Part shown: one piece after another, positions 20,786 to 35,967 of the stretch
How the letters are laid out: each line of letters opens with the position of its first letter
Position numbering within the stretch: position 1 is the first letter of the stretch
Source: Octopus sinensis
Lineage: Eukaryota
Assembly: GCF_006345805.1 (NCBI RefSeq)
Contig: NC_042997.1
Coordinates: 34,658,001 to 34,722,000 of the forward strand
DNA: 64,000 bases
Direction of reading: 5' to 3'
Translations under genes and position numbers: made by a program
The notes under the pieces: model-generated
What the model was told of the DNA's origin: nothing
The model's input: the letters and a program-made list of their open reading frames with translations, nothing else
The model's database searches: none

Positions 20786-21559
20786 TCTATATATATATAT
20801 GAATGAGTAATAGATGAGTGTACACATACTAAACTCTTACAGCCGTAAGGAGTATAATGGAAACACGATGTAAACAGCAGCCTGCGGAAATTTCTCCTGA
20901 GTGTAGCTTTATTTATTTATTTATTTACCACATGACAGAATACCATGGATTGTAATAAAAAATTAAAATGAAGTTCTTACCATTCCTTACTATTTCTATT
21001 ACATTATTTCTATCTTATTTTATTTTACCCTACTCTATTATTATAACTTATTTTCCATATGTTATTTTCCTAACCTTTGGACTTTCTAAAGAAGAATTGG
21101 GGCTCAACCAATCCCTGTCCAATGTTTGTTCATCCCTGTATATCACTGACGTGATGAGGATAACTTGGAAGATTTGGCTGTAAGCGTTTAGCATTTGTAC
21201 ACTCATCTATTATTCACTTTATTTCTCTCTATATATCTGTTTACGTATCTATTGACTTAATTTCATTCGTTTACTTGAATCATTTACACATATTTTTGTA
21301 ATCAATTAATAATAGATATAATTGAATGTTTAGTGGCTGATGTCTTTCGATTGTTTATCCCCTCCACTTTCTTATTTGACTTATAATCCTGGGTAAATTT
21401 CTAATTTACCCCCGCCTATACCTAGTATTCAATTGCGATATTGCCATGCAATAGTAAGCCCTTGGTTATAAATACGTAGGTACACATCGAGTAGTATATT
21501 GGATATTTCATATCCCTTAGATGGTTTCTTAACATCTAACTCATACACATACACACACG

Positions 21560-21623
<64 letters not shown>

Positions 21624-21669
21624 CATACACACGTACGTAAACGTGTTCGTTGTGTCCGTATGCTCAAAT

Positions 21670-22745
21670 AGCATCGAGCGATGAATGTTCTCCAGCGGTA
21701 TTATTCAGAGCGAAACTCCACTCTTCCCAGATGACATCCATCTCAGTCAAGTTTTCACGTACGGTACTTTGTCACAACTTCCCCATCCTGCCTCTACTTT
21801 TCCTCTCCCTTTATCCTTTTATCTGACGGCTGTACTTGCCCGTCTTTCAAACGGTAAGTGCAATACATGGCCATGTTGTTTCCTTCGTCCAGCTGTGATG
21901 GTGTCTTGTATGTTACTTAGGCCAGCTCTTTTATGATTTCATCAAGTTGATCTTCAGGATATTCCAAGGTACGGTGATGAAAAACGTTTGTCATATTGCA
22001 AATCTTGTCCTTCTGCCTCCATGTTTTGCTCGTATACAATGCCATATGAATTATAAAAGAGGTATATATATGAAAATATGTTATCAACAGGAGCAATATT
22101 AATACCGAGAGGTAACATTTATCCTCACTTAAACATGGATGTTCTGTTAGAACAAACTATACTGCTGTACGTATCATGGGAGAAACTCTTACATTGGCTT
22201 TTGGTGCAAAATGCACTCCTGTTTATATCGCGAGTGGTGAAATAAATCTCCACCACCTCCAGCGCCGACAACACTAGATCACGTAATTGCCACCGTCGTA
22301 TATAGATGAAGTTTAATCCCTCGGCAAATAGTAGATTATGACCACAGAGTCTAAAACCATCATCACTTCTAAAACTATCATCAATGAGTCTAAAACTATC
22401 ATCACTTCTAAAATTATCATCACTTTGCCCATGTCTGCTTTTCCATCGATGTCAATGTTAGTGCCTATGTATGAAAAAGAATCGACAAATTTTATATTTT
22501 GTCCACCAAGATTGAGGAGTTTAGGCTCATATTCGCCGATAAGGCATTATTTTTTCACAAGTATTGATACAGAGACCAAATTAGGAGCTGATGACACAAA
22601 GAGCTATCACTGATCAGAGCAATGTCTGCAAAACAAAGACCTGTCAGTTTGCTATGCCTCCGGCTAATCCTTAAGGTCGGGTTATTCATGGCCTGTTTCA
22701 TAATAAATCGACTGCGAACACGAAAAAAATTGTTGCTAACGTAAG
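21670..22745 (-). mobile_element. Decayed RTE-clade LINE, 3' fragment
   Basis: LTGLCFAD(D)IALISDS, IKFVDSFSYIGTNI, and C-terminal ..AGLSNIQDTITAGRR..HGHVLHLPFERRASTAV.. Confidence 0.7.
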
Positions 22746-23465
22746 ACATAGTAGTGTTTACGTTTTTGGTTCCTACACACGAACTAAACTTCAGGGTGAG
22801 TCAGCGTATGATATTGACAGACTTTCATGGTGCTCCATAGAATTTGACTCTAAATGGACACTTTTTTTGAAATCGATAAAGTTAACTATGAACAAGTTCT
22901 AAAATTTTATTCAGCAAATGTTGTGAAAGGCGTGTATCGTTTCTATCCAAGACTTCCATTTTCGAGACACCGCCCAATGATTCAGTAATGAAATAAATGT
23001 AGATATCATATTAACTTTATGAAAAATACTTTCGCAGTCATCATATAATAACGATTATATATAAAAGCAAATTTAATAAAATTTAAAAAGACACCGTCTA
23101 ACGAGCAGAACGTTCATTCTAAAGTTACGTAATTTTTCTGTAATCTGATGTTATAAATTTTTGTAACTGAAATCTTGAAAACAAGAGAGATGATTATCAG
23201 AAATAATTGAATTTAAACTGACTTTTTGATCTAACCGTTCAGATAAATTAAATGCTTTTGAATTTAGATAGCTTGCTAGCAAAAAAATAAGTAGATAAAT
23301 AAAAAAGCACAAAACATGATAGAATTATTGTCTGCCCAGTCGCATCGCATAGCAAAACACATACATATACACATAGCATATATATATTCACACACAGACA
23401 AATGCAGAACACAGACGTGCACAAATTTATCCTTCCATGATATCTATATATCTATCTGTCTTTCT

Positions 23466-23496
<31 letters not shown>

Positions 23497-23577
23497 CGTC
23501 CGTCCGTCAGTCTGTCTGTCTGTCTGTCTGTCTTTCTTTCTGTTTGTCTGTTTTTCTATCTGTCTTTCTACCTATCT

Positions 23578-23760
23578 ATCTTTTCACTTGTTTCAATCAT
23601 TACACTTTGGCCATGCTGGGGCACCACCGTCAAGATTTAAATCGAACAAATTGACTCCCGTACATTTTAAAGTCTGGTGCATATTCTGCTAAGTTACAGG
23701 GACGTAAACATACAAACACCAGTTGTCAAGCAGTGGTGATGAGTAAACACGGAAACAAGG
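23578..23760 (-). mobile_element. SINE family A, 3' fragment
   Basis: 'ttttcacttgtttcaatcatt..ggccatgctggggcaccacc..gggacgtaaacatac'. Confidence 0.7.
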
Positions 23761-23966
23761 GCCGTCCCTCACACACACATACACATATATACATGTCACT
23801 TCAGCCATGTATACGCATACATACGCTTTTCTCGGATTATTTTTTCTTTCTCTCCGGACCTTTGCTCTTTCCTCCTCTTGACAAAGATCTATACTCGAAA
23901 CGTCACACCTCCTTCCTTTTAACAGTGTAAGTCCTTTTTACTTTAGTTGCTTTTGTTTTTATTCTG

Positions 23967-24010
<44 letters not shown>

Positions 24011-24040
24011 AGATATGTATATTATATTTATTTATATTAA

Positions 24041-24182
24041 GGGCATTACTATACATAAATGCCTCACGCTAGGAGGGACTCTTAAAGTCAAAACTACAAT
24101 AATAAATAAATGTTTATTTATTATGGCAGTTTTGACTTTAAGAGTCCCTCCTAGCGTGAGGCATTTATGTATAGTAATGCCC
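24041..24182. mobile_element. Near-perfect palindromic MITE, TTAA|GGG...CCC|TTAA
   Basis: TTAA at 24037-24040 and 24183-24186; the arms are reverse complements apart from a few central mismatches. Confidence 0.75.
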
Positions 24183-24759
24183 TTAATATAAAAATAGAAA
24201 TAAATAAATTTAAGAGGAATAATTGCTGGATTTTTCCCTTATGAGGTTTTTCACGCTAACTACTTGATACATTCTTATAAAGATTGTTTCCTATATTTCA
24301 ATTATCTATATATTATGTGTGTGTGTGTATGCATACACACACACGCACACACGCACACACATATATGTATATAATCTACAATAGTTTGATTCAGCTCAAT
24401 AAAAATAAAAGTTTCGTATGCTCATTAGGGGAACCTAGCACGTCGGGTATGACCGGCTGTCTGAAACAGACAAGCTGTGCATTTCTAACGAACCTACGAA
24501 ATTTTGAGTTGCATGGGGCCGAATCAGACTGTTTTAGATAATAATATATGTAATTCTCACTCAGTGTATTGAGTCGACCAAGTCGACTAACACGTACTTC
24601 GTCCTCCATCCCCGGAGAGGACAGCTGGCCAAGGTGCTACGCAGAGAGACTTCTCCCAGGAACATGCGTTTGGGAAGCAAGCTTCTTACCATACATCCAC
24701 TCTGCCTCTCTTTCTATTTGTTTCTCTCTGGGTCTCTGTCTCTGTCTCTGTCTCTCTCC

Positions 24760-24867
<108 letters not shown>

Positions 24868-25133
24868 CATATACATACATACAGACACATATATATGCCT
24901 GCAGCTTTCGTACTGGTACTAGTTAAAGAGTATATATAGAATGAACATTGACTGTATAATTTTACTTTATACACGGCCAGCGCTGGACACTCAAAAGTTC
25001 ATTACTGGTATCGTTCTATAATTATTGTTATAAGCAAATATACCACACAACAAATCCTGAATATAATCTAGAACTTACACCCCACCGCATCTAGACGTTT
25101 AGTTGACTTTGACCTCACTACTTACTCACACAA

Positions 25134-25427
25134 TGTTGTTGTTATTTCTTCCTTCTCGAGCCATGCCTGGCTCATAAGGCTCATTGGCGTATAGGTCCCC
25201 CCCCTTTGTGCACGGGATGCCGGTCCATTGCAGGTGAGCTGCAAGATGCAGGAGGAAAGAGAGAGAGAAAGTTGTGGCGAAAGAGCCAGCAGAAGATCGC
25301 CATTCTGCCGGAGCTACGTGGAGCTTAGGTGTTTCGCTCATAAACACACACATCGCCCGGTCTGAGATTGGAACCTGCGATCCCTCAAGCGCGAGTCCGC
25401 TGCTCTAACCACTCGGTCATGTGCCTC

Positions 25428-25428
<1 letters not shown>
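25134..25428 (-). mobile_element. tRNA-derived SINE family B with (AAC)n tail
   Basis: Head GGAGGCACATGACCGAGTGGTTAGAGCAGCGGACTCG.. with A-box and B-box-like motifs; body shared with 56375-56682. Confidence 0.75.
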
Positions 25429-25459
<31 letters not shown>

Positions 25460-25543
25460 GACACACATTCGCACACACAGAGACACACACACACACACAC
25501 ACACAGATACACAAACACACACAATATACGTACTTACAAAGAC

Positions 25544-25746
25544 GGCGAACTAGCAGAATTGTTAACACGCAGGGTGAAATGCTTAGCGGCTTTTCGTCCA
25601 CCTTACGTTCTGAGTTCAAATTCCGCCAATGTCATCTTTGCTTTTCATCCTTTCTTGGACAATGGAATAAATACCAGTATAAAACTGGGGTCGATGTAAT
25701 CAACTACCTCGAAATTGTCTGCCTTGTGCCACAATTTGAAATCATT
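25544..25746 (+). mobile_element. tRNA-derived SINE family C (Meta-domain-like core)
   Basis: GGCGAACTAGCAGAA..GAGTTCAAATTCCGCC..TTTGCTTTTCATCCTTTC..TACCAGT. Confidence 0.7.
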
Positions 25747-27702
25747 ATACATACATACACACGAACACGCCCACGTATGTATAATACGTTTGTGATTGCT
25801 TGTATAAATGTATGCATTAATATGGGAAAGATATTTCTTATATGGCGTGGATCATTTAAATATAATATTCAGGAACCAATACTAGGAATGAAATGCTTTC
25901 AATGGTCTTGATATAAATATATGGTGCACGAACTGGCAAATAACTAAATAGTATGTAAATCTGTATGTTTGATTTGGAACAGTCAGACAACATTCAAGTA
26001 ACGATAACGATTTCACAGGATATTTAACTCTCTATCCCATTTTCATTTAAATACATAGCAATTTCAATGAAAAGCGAAACTTAGATTACATCATATCAAC
26101 GGAGCCTTCTTTAAGCTTATTAATTTTATTCTATCTAGCATGAAAATGGAATATACTTGTAAGTTGGTGATTTTTTCTTTTCATATTTGTACTGAATAAT
26201 CTAAAAATGATTGTGTATTCATTTATAGGTCTTTTCGTTTCTGTAACTTTTCGCTATTAGATCGTACTGTAGTAGTAGTTGTAGTTGCAGTATTATAATA
26301 TTTGCTGTAGTAGTAGTAGTAGTAATTCTCGTTTACTTTCTCCTGTTAATAGTATCAGCCTTAATACCCCAGTCGTCTTGTGTATTCTTATCGATACTCT
26401 TTTTGTTGCTGCTGTCGTTGTACTTTTCAACAAAAAAGAAACGAGAATAAAAGGAGAGAAACTAAGCACCTAAGCATTGGTATCTGTCTTTTCTGCAACA
26501 TTAATTAGAAAATGATGCAGTGAGACATAGGACGATTAAAACCCTGAGACACTATCTGTCTGTTTTCTCACACATCTGAAATAAATAGAGTCTGCGTTAC
26601 TTTACAATTCGAATCTATCAATGAATGATTAATCAGTTGATGCGGAAATAGAAGTTATGTGGCATCTGTGTCTTGGATAAAAAAAAAAAAATGTCTCAAA
26701 GTGCAATTTTATACTATTACATTCGTGCAATCTACTATATACATAAAATAGATTCTCATCAGCAGTTTCAATTTCGTGGATAACATTCTGAATAATAGAC
26801 GAAACTTTGCTTTCTCCTGGCATTCGGCGTCGCTTGGCTGTTTTCATCGAACTGCGAATGTTTTGATAGGTCAAATCCGCACTAAAGATTGTTTGGAGAA
26901 CAAAGCATGGAGTCTTCAATAAACTAGTTAGAGACAGAAAATATAGATGATTTAATAAACTTTGCACAAGAGTTTGAATGTAATATGTACTAAAAAGACA
27001 TTTATAGTATATTTCATGAAATATTGAAAAAAAAAAAAAGAGAAAAACCATTCGAATCGACGAATAGAATTTGTACTAAAATTTCAGTAGAAATTTTTAT
27101 CCATGGATAAATATAAAATTACATTGAATTAAAAGTATAAACAGAAGAAATGAATAATAAAATATTTATGTATCTTCGAAACTCTGAAATACAAGTATAA
27201 TTCAACATTTATGTAACAAAATTGATTAGTATCAAACGAAGAAATGAACTTTCTTCGTATTATATTTGTGTGTGTATGTGCATTTATGTGCGTGTGTTTT
27301 GTTGGTGCTTAATGAGAACATACCAATTACCACAGTCTTGATGTAACAAGGCTATGATAAAAGGTTTTTCGCCCTTGATTTACAATAGTAAGACATAATT
27401 TAAATGAACTTTTGTTGCTATTCTTAGCTTATGAACCGCTTAATTCTCTGTGCAATAGTAAGAACCAAAACAAAATTAAATCATGCCATTTCTCGCGAAA
27501 AAAGATTTTGACAATACGTGTACACGCATGCTTCCTAACTAGTCAAGGTTTTGACTAACTTCATAGAATTTTCTTATAATTCTAGACTGTTAGCTGCGCT
27601 AATACATATGATTTAGCTCAGCTAATTGAGTAATACCCCATTGAAACAGAAACAATCCTCGTATATATACATAAATATATACGTACATCACCCACATCTC
27701 TC

Positions 27703-27992
27703 TCTTTACTCTTTACTTTTTTACTTGTTTCAGCCATTTGACTGCGGCCATGCTGGAGCACCGCCTTTAGTCGAGCAAATCGACCCCAGGACTTATATTT
27801 GTAAACCTGGTATTTACAAGCACCACCTGTAGTCGAAGAAATCGACCCAAGGATTTCTTCTTTGTAAGCCTAGTACTTATTCTATCGGTCTCTTTCGCCG
27901 AACCGCTATGTTACAGGGACGTAATCACACTACCATCAGTTGTCAAGCGATGTTGGGGGACAAACACAGACACGCAAATACACACACACACA

Positions 27993-28035
<43 letters not shown>

Positions 28036-28118
28036 CATATACATATATACGACGGGCTTCTTTCAATTTCCGTCTACCAAAGCCACTCACAAGGCTTTGG
28101 GCGGCCCGAGGCTATAGC
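27703..28118 (-). mobile_element. SINE family A, 5'-truncated, with internal microsatellite
   Basis: Colinear with 16898-17230. Confidence 0.8.
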
Positions 28119-29647
28119 AATGAATCATTGTTTAAAAATAGTTATCGCTTACCTACGAAGCATGACCGGAATATTGTAAATATAATCTATAGCTAATCCA
28201 GAGGATACAGCTGTGTAGAGATCATAATCACTCATGATATAAATAACACTGGTGGAATGTTCCTGTCAGAATGAGAAACATAATGCAAGCCAAACAGATC
28301 AGAGCCAATGATCCTGGATGGCGGAAAGAAATTATGCATAGTAGTGGAACCCTGATGCCCAGTAATATGGTCACAGTGTTACAGATTCATGAAAAGAAGA
28401 CATCATTGCTGAATTAATGAGATATCTTCAGTAACTTTCTCCAGACAAGGAATTTATTTATGTGCCGATAATCATTGTAGGACATGGACACATGACTAAA
28501 TTTATCAGCCCATATCTTTCAGAGCCTGAGGTTTAAAGGAAAAAAATTAAATAGAAGAATATGAAGAACACGGCTAATTAGAAAACTACAGAGGGCACCA
28601 GTTACTAATTTCATTCAAAGAATATGTGGAACATACAGGAGGTTTAGCATGCAGTAATTGAACATACACATGCACAGCATAAACATGCAAACAGGTCAAC
28701 CCATACAGGTCCACTTAAGTTATATGAATGCTTAAACATAATTGTGCGTGTACATAGATACGTACATATTTGCAAATAGCATAAAAGATGACGACATTGA
28801 TGTTTAAATTCTAATGGAAAAGAGTTGTATCTCACTAAACCTACCACTATTTCCATTTTATGAGAAATTAAAAGCAAAACAAACCAAATAAGTATACACG
28901 AATATTCATGCATGTACGTAGAATCATATATAGATGACAGATGTGCATTAAGTTATTTAAATAATTTAGAAGAGTTTTTGAATATAAATAGTATGTTTAT
29001 TGTCTCATTCCGTGAAACATTTATCATGCTAACGCAACCTGTAACTTTTCCACTTTCAGCACTTTTGTAATTCCTTTTCTTCTGTAGATGATATGCTTTA
29101 GAGAACAAATATCTTAACACCCGTTTGTCATTTATGAACATTAGAATTTATGATATTGTTGGAGATCTATCTAGGCTTTTCCTTTGCACGATTCAAAAAA
29201 AAATTTTAATAGTTTCTGCCAAAGTAGCTTCTGGTATTTGTGTGTATGTGAAGCTTTTACGTATGCATATGTGTTGGTACTTATGCGAATAAACATGCAT
29301 TCATGTAATATAGCCCTTTATGAAATTTAAGTACACAAGTATGTGCTACAATAATGTTTATGTATAAATGTGTTCACGCACGTATGCATGTGTGTGTGCT
29401 TATATGCACATGCAATTAACTGCACATTTTTATCCTGGAAAATCAAGTGGAAAATTGCTGGATTTTTATGAAATGATCACTGTACTACTAATCGATTGCA
29501 TCTAAAGAATGCAAACCTGTTTGCTTTGTCTTTTCTTAATCCCTACATTACATTTCTCATTAGCTCGCCAGAAATCTATATTTCTTTAATTTAAATGAAT
29601 GTTCTACTTCAGCTGGTAAGGTGGACTTTAAATCATCATTTCTATTA

Positions 29648-30195
29648 TAGAGGCACAAGGCGTGAACTTTATGGGAGGAGGGCTAGTCGATTTCATTGAC
29701 TCCAGTGTTCAAGTGGTACTTACTTAATCGACCCCGAAAGGATGAAAGACAAAGTCTACCCCAGCGGAATTTGAACTCAGAACGTAGCGACAGGCGAAAT
29801 ACCGCTAAGCATTTCGTCCAGTGCGCTAACGATTCTTATTTCTTTACTGCCCACAAGGACACAAACAAGGACAGATAAACGGATTAAGTCGATTATATCG
29901 ACCCCAGTGTGTAACTGGTACCGCTAAGCATTTCTGCCAGCTCGCCGCCTTCGACAGGCGAAATGCCTATTTCTTTACTACCCACAAGGGGCTAAACACA
30001 GAGAGGACAAACAAGGACAGACAAACGGATTAAGTTGATAATATCGACCCCAGCGCGTAACTGGTACTTATTTAATTGACCCCAAAAGGATGAAAAGTAA
30101 AGTCGACCTCGGCGGAATTTGAACTCAGAACGTAACGGCTGACGAAATACAGCTAAGCATTTCGTCCAGTGCGCTAACGTTTCTGCCAATTCGCC
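29648..30195 (-). mobile_element. Cluster of three family C SINEs (29648-29833; internally deleted 29836-29948; complete 29968-30195)
   Basis: Repeated 'gaatttgaactcagaacgta', 'gctaagcatttc' and 'aaacggattaagt' blocks. The latter two copies have a tail resembling the Tx1 3' end. Confidence 0.8.
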
Positions 30196-30752
30196 GACTT
30201 TGATAATGCACGTATTTTCTTTGCTGAGCCAATGAAAAATATCATACTTAAAGCGTCTCTTCTAATTTGCTGTACATTCCTTCAAATATTTCACCGAGAA
30301 TATTCATTTTTAATGCCGCGAATGTATTAATGACACAGCGGACATTTTTATCGAAAAATGGAATTTAAGAGGTATCCACCTACTTTTGAGCAAGTATTTA
30401 GTTGCTTACTTCTCCGAAAGTACATCATTCTAGGTGAGATGTGATATATTTCTCATGAATCATGGAGAATTTACTCTTCTTACTAATGTTATCGACATTA
30501 ATTTCCTTGCAAGAAATGCACTCATGCATAAACTTCTGTTGATTTGATGATATTCTCCTCCAGGATTCTTTATAAGTAGGTTGTCTTCTAATCTCACTAT
30601 GTTGTTTATAATGCTGTATACACATGATACACACGTAGTCTATGTATATTTGCATGTATATATTAATGCCTATATGTCTGTAGCTATTCCTCCATCCATC
30701 CATCCACTCCTTTCACTCCCTGTCTGTCTCTGTCTCTCTCTTTCTGTGTCTG

Positions 30753-30863
<111 letters not shown>

Positions 30864-31729
30864 GTCTGTCTGTGTGTCTGTCTGTTTGTCTATCTATCAT
30901 TCTATGTATATATTTATATGTACATATACCAAACTAACACCCATAGATACACAGTGGCACATACATAGGTATATATATTTATACATATATTTAAAAACAC
31001 ATACATATAATAAATATTGTCTGTGTATATATATATATCAAGCATGTGTGCGCGTTTTCTCGTATATATATATATATATATATATATATGGTCATAAGGC
31101 TCTGGAAAACATTACATGCAGTTAAATAAGCTCCTTATTGTACTTCTCTCAGAAGAATATTTCAAAGAACTTTATAGAGCAAAATGGCCCCAATAAATGA
31201 AAGATATTATCTGATGTGAATAAACTCATGAATCTCCATAAACTTTAAATGTGCTCTCAGTGTGCTAAAAATCTAGATAACTCGATACGCTAATTAGTTT
31301 GAAATGGAACAGTAATGGGAAAAAAACTTTAATATAAATTGCGCAATTGATTGAATTTGGCAAAATCGATTATAAGTAAATAAATACGAGCTTTATTATC
31401 AATGCTATTACTTTTATTTCTAACGATTTTTCTGTTATATAGTAGTGAAATATTTCGTTTTATTGCTTTCTTGTAAATGAAATTTGTATGAAAATTATCT
31501 CGCCAAAAGACTTTTATACACACATATACATATACATACAGACCAGCACCTAAACACACATGTACGCACACCTCCGTACTAGCGCATTCAATATAAACAC
31601 GCAAACACACACACATATGTAAATGGCGGTATATGTGCAGAGCTACAAATATAATTGATAAATATATGTTATACATGCAATAAGCAATCCTAATTTTTGA
31701 TCTAGCTGAGAGAGAAATACATACACATA

Positions 31730-31818
31730 TACAAATTTGTGTATGTGTATGTATAGATAATGTATGTATGTATGTATGTATGTATGTATGTATGTATGTA
31801 TGTATGTATGTATGTATG

Positions 31819-31853
<35 letters not shown>

Positions 31854-31946
31854 CGTACATACGTAGTATGTATATATATATAGATATATACATATGCATG
31901 CATATATATGTATATGTGCATGTGTGTGCGTGTATACATACGTATA

Positions 31947-32002
<56 letters not shown>

Positions 32003-32125
32003 TATATGTATACACGCACACACACACATATATATGTATGTATATATATATATACATATAATATATACATATATATATACGTATGTATACACGCACACAC
32101 ACGCACATATACATATATATGTATG

Positions 32126-32177
<52 letters not shown>

Positions 32178-32210
32178 CTACGTATGTACGTATGTGTGTG
32201 TGTCGGTGTG
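31730..32210. repeat. Compound (TATG)n/(TA)n/(CA)n microsatellite (representative of many such tracts in the window)
   Basis: Direct reading; source of spurious YI/IY-repeat ORFs. Confidence 0.95.
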
Positions 32211-35200
32211 TGTTTAATACATAGTACGTCTAGTAATTAAGGAGCGATTAATATCTATGAGTATGTGCACATTTTCTAAAATGTTCCTCTTTATCTTCAG
32301 TTATGTATTCATAAATGGAGAAAATTTGTTTTCGTATTTAAATATGTGAAATTTGCTAAATTACTACATATAATCTATATAAATGCCATATTTCACAGTT
32401 ATGTGTTGTCAGTAGCCTAAAGGCATATTTTGAGTTCAGAATATACACATGAGTATTTTTCTCTTGCACAGAAGTATCTAGTTTTTAGATTAAAGCGAAC
32501 AAGTCCACACCGCTTCTTCAATAATTTAGATAATGTAAAAACTATAGTTTAGACTACGTTCAGATGATGCTCTGTATGAACGCATATGGCTTGTAACTTT
32601 TAGGAGCAGGGTGTGAATATAGTTTTCATTGCTGTCTTGGAGAATGAACCGTTAGAATATATAGGTCAATGGAAAGGATGGGTAACAGTTAAATTTGAAT
32701 GCACAGCTATATAGATGCATGAAGTATTTATAATTGTGACGTAGAGAAGAGACAGTATATTAGTCTGGTAACGCTTGCATTGTGTTGGCCGTGCTTTTCT
32801 TTACTGTGAAACTCTATTTTCCGTACGAGGTAAGTGAACAGTATATCACAGTGAATGCGGATTCATGTTCGAAAAGAATAAATACAAGATCAAAGCAGAA
32901 GATACTCAGTTTTTCTGTTTTTTTTTAATGCAGTTTTGGCTGTGTTATATGTGACAATGCTGATTCTACCTGCTTCTTCCATCTTTGATTCTTTCCTATC
33001 GTCATTCTCATAAGTTTCTATCATTTTATTTTTCTGTTTTATTAGAAAATATAAGTTGTGACGTATCCCATATTTGCACATTTTAGGGGTGTCATTGTTA
33101 TCATTAGAAACTTGCGGGGGCTTTCACTTGAATTATTCACGAGTAGTGAAAATGTACTGTGTTAATTGATAAGTATCGAAAATATGATTCCACTGTTCAT
33201 TGAGACTAAGTTACCTTGTTATATTGTTGCTTGATATTTTGAGGAGCTTCATTTGGAAATAATTTAAATCTGTTAATGCTGTGCAGGTTGCTTGCAATAA
33301 CATCTGAACATAGGAGGTTAAAGATAAATGCAAGTGTGCATCATATGCATGGTAGAGAGTGTTAACAGAAGTAATACATAATAGGCCTTTAATGTACATT
33401 CAACAAATGAAAAATATGAATGGAGTATAAATCCCAGTATATAGATCAGAGATCGCCATCGGTTTACGATGACCAACAACTAACTCATATCGAAGAATGG
33501 AAAATTACATTAAACTAACTCGCTTGAAGAAAACTAGGGTTATAATCTGAATACAATTGGAGATTTTGCCGAACGCTCCATGGACCAAAAAAGATCTATA
33601 TAATGTATAAGTGCATTTTCTACAGTACGTCTTTGTCGAGAGAAATCGAGAAAAAAATATAACCGGAAAATAATGAAGAAGGTTCATGTATATGATAATA
33701 GTTGAGATGATAAAAACTAGAGTGATACATCTGTGGTTGCCAGCTTTGAGACATTAATCTATTTGGAAATGCAATACATATCTCCATTTCCAGAACCTGG
33801 AGCGAATCTAGATAACGAGTGACAAACTGAGATGTATAAAGATGCGGATGAAAATTGCCGTTTCAACTGGCATTAAAAGAGGGAAATTTTCTTACTTATC
33901 AACTGCAACATGATTTGATGACTGAAATAGAATCTACTAGCTATATTTTCCAAAGTTATTACAGATAATCGTGACAAGGGTGTATAAGGCCATAGCTTAC
34001 TCAGATAGCAGAATATCCAGCCTGTAGAATGGACTAATTCTTTGTTTTCATGGTTGTCATTTTGGACCAATAATTACATTCCCGTTGGCGATGATGATGA
34101 TGGGTGGCTACAGAAAATGTAGTCAGAGCCTTCGGCTATTTTATCACAATCCTATTGAAAATAGTACAGTCGTGCGTGTGATCTTTGCATGTAAGATGGT
34201 TGTGAAAAGGTGTCATGAAGTAAGTTATCAGATAACTGCTATCGGATTGTACTTGGCTAGAAATTAAGCTTATTTGTTGCTAATAGTAAACAACACGAGG
34301 ACGTGAGCATCACTTACATAATAACCTGAAATTCCAAAGGACTTGGTCGGAAGACGAATATGTACGGTCGGTTGATGTGTTTTGGCTTGCTTGATTATTA
34401 ATGAGAATAGTGACTGAGTAAATGAAAAGACTGAAGACTAATTTAGATCTTAGGAAGAAATTGGATTATGTAGATCAGTACGGCAACCCACTCTACACCA
34501 ACATTATCGACATAGTCACTGCAGAAATCAGAGAAATGGTGCTTTATGAATATTGAAGTGAGCAAACGTAATGACTTGAAATAGATGTCCCAAAAGTAAA
34601 GTGAGAAAGAATCGAAAACATGCTGGCAATTAGGAGAGTTCGGAGAGCAGTAGGAACAAAAGATGATATTAGGGAGGACTAACGAAGAGAAATGAACCAG
34701 TTAAATTATTGGAAATATATTAGAAAATATTGGTAATAGCAGAACACTATTTTGCAGACAAGGTGGATAAATTCCTTTAAAATATTACTTCAGATGCTTA
34801 GATTCCTTATTAATATTACTGATTGCGTACTTGTTGAGTCACTCTTTTACACATCTTTATATGATCTATACAAATATAAATATGTAGATGTCTCATATGG
34901 CGCAAGTATGAGCATAAATATATATTTTATTGACTTTCACTGGTCATTCCATTTTTCAAAATATTGATATTTTATAAATTTTTTCAATATTTTTTTTTAC
35001 TTAATTAAACTTTCATGATTCACACTATAAATACTAAGAGTGTAAGAAAATGCTTGGTAATTTGTTCTGTTGTATTGATTGTGTGTGGACTATTTATTAC
35101 CCGTTGGGTGCTTGAACGGGAATACAAATATAATTTTTATTTCGCATACTTTCCATGTAAAAACGTTGTAACCGTCGACATAAACTGAAATTCAGATGGT

Positions 35201-35799
35201 GTTGTTAGATGGAATGTAGATCCTGTAAAAACAATGAACCGTCCCGTCCATTTTGAACGAAACCTGATAAGAATAGTTGGTAGAGGAAAATAAAGATTAA
35301 CTGTCTGGATTATTCATTTAAAATTCAATCTCCGCCGCCATATTTTGATTTTCACAGTCAAAAATTTCAAAGAGTTATAAATTGCTCTCTTCCTAAAATA
35401 TAAAGACATCTACGCACCTTAAGGCAATACAAACATACATCAGTAAAACAGTAATTTTCGTTATATGTACGAATAAGTAAATACAAAAAAATAAAGCAAA
35501 ATCATCATACAAGTACTTTTATTTCAGGTCAACATATGGTTGCAAATGGCATACAAAATTTTGCCCATGGCACAGATCTTTTCAGAAAAGTTTGTCTACT
35601 TGTGTTCAAATCGTGGCTCGGAGATAAAATGTATACAAACATAAATACGTAAATGCACCATTTTTGCGCAAATGCGAACATAATCTCGCACATACATGTA
35701 CACATAAATATAGATGCATGCATACATATGCAGGAAGATACATGGAAAAACATGTATGCATAGACACGCATGAATACGTTACAATATATACATATATGC

Positions 35800-35889
<90 letters not shown>

Positions 35890-35930
35890 GTATATATATA
35901 TATGTATATATAAGTATGTATATATATATG

Positions 35931-35967
<37 letters not shown>

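Noticed and set aside
23870-23910. Hammerhead-like 'ttgacaaagatctatactcgaaacgtca' (and a similar motif at 56843-56885)
   Set aside because: The core and stems are too degenerate to call; at most decayed PLE pseudo-LTR remnants.
26629-27051. 140-aa ORF as a possible DNA transposase remnant
   Set aside because: No DDE or other recognisable motif, and the N-terminal half is AT-rich noise.
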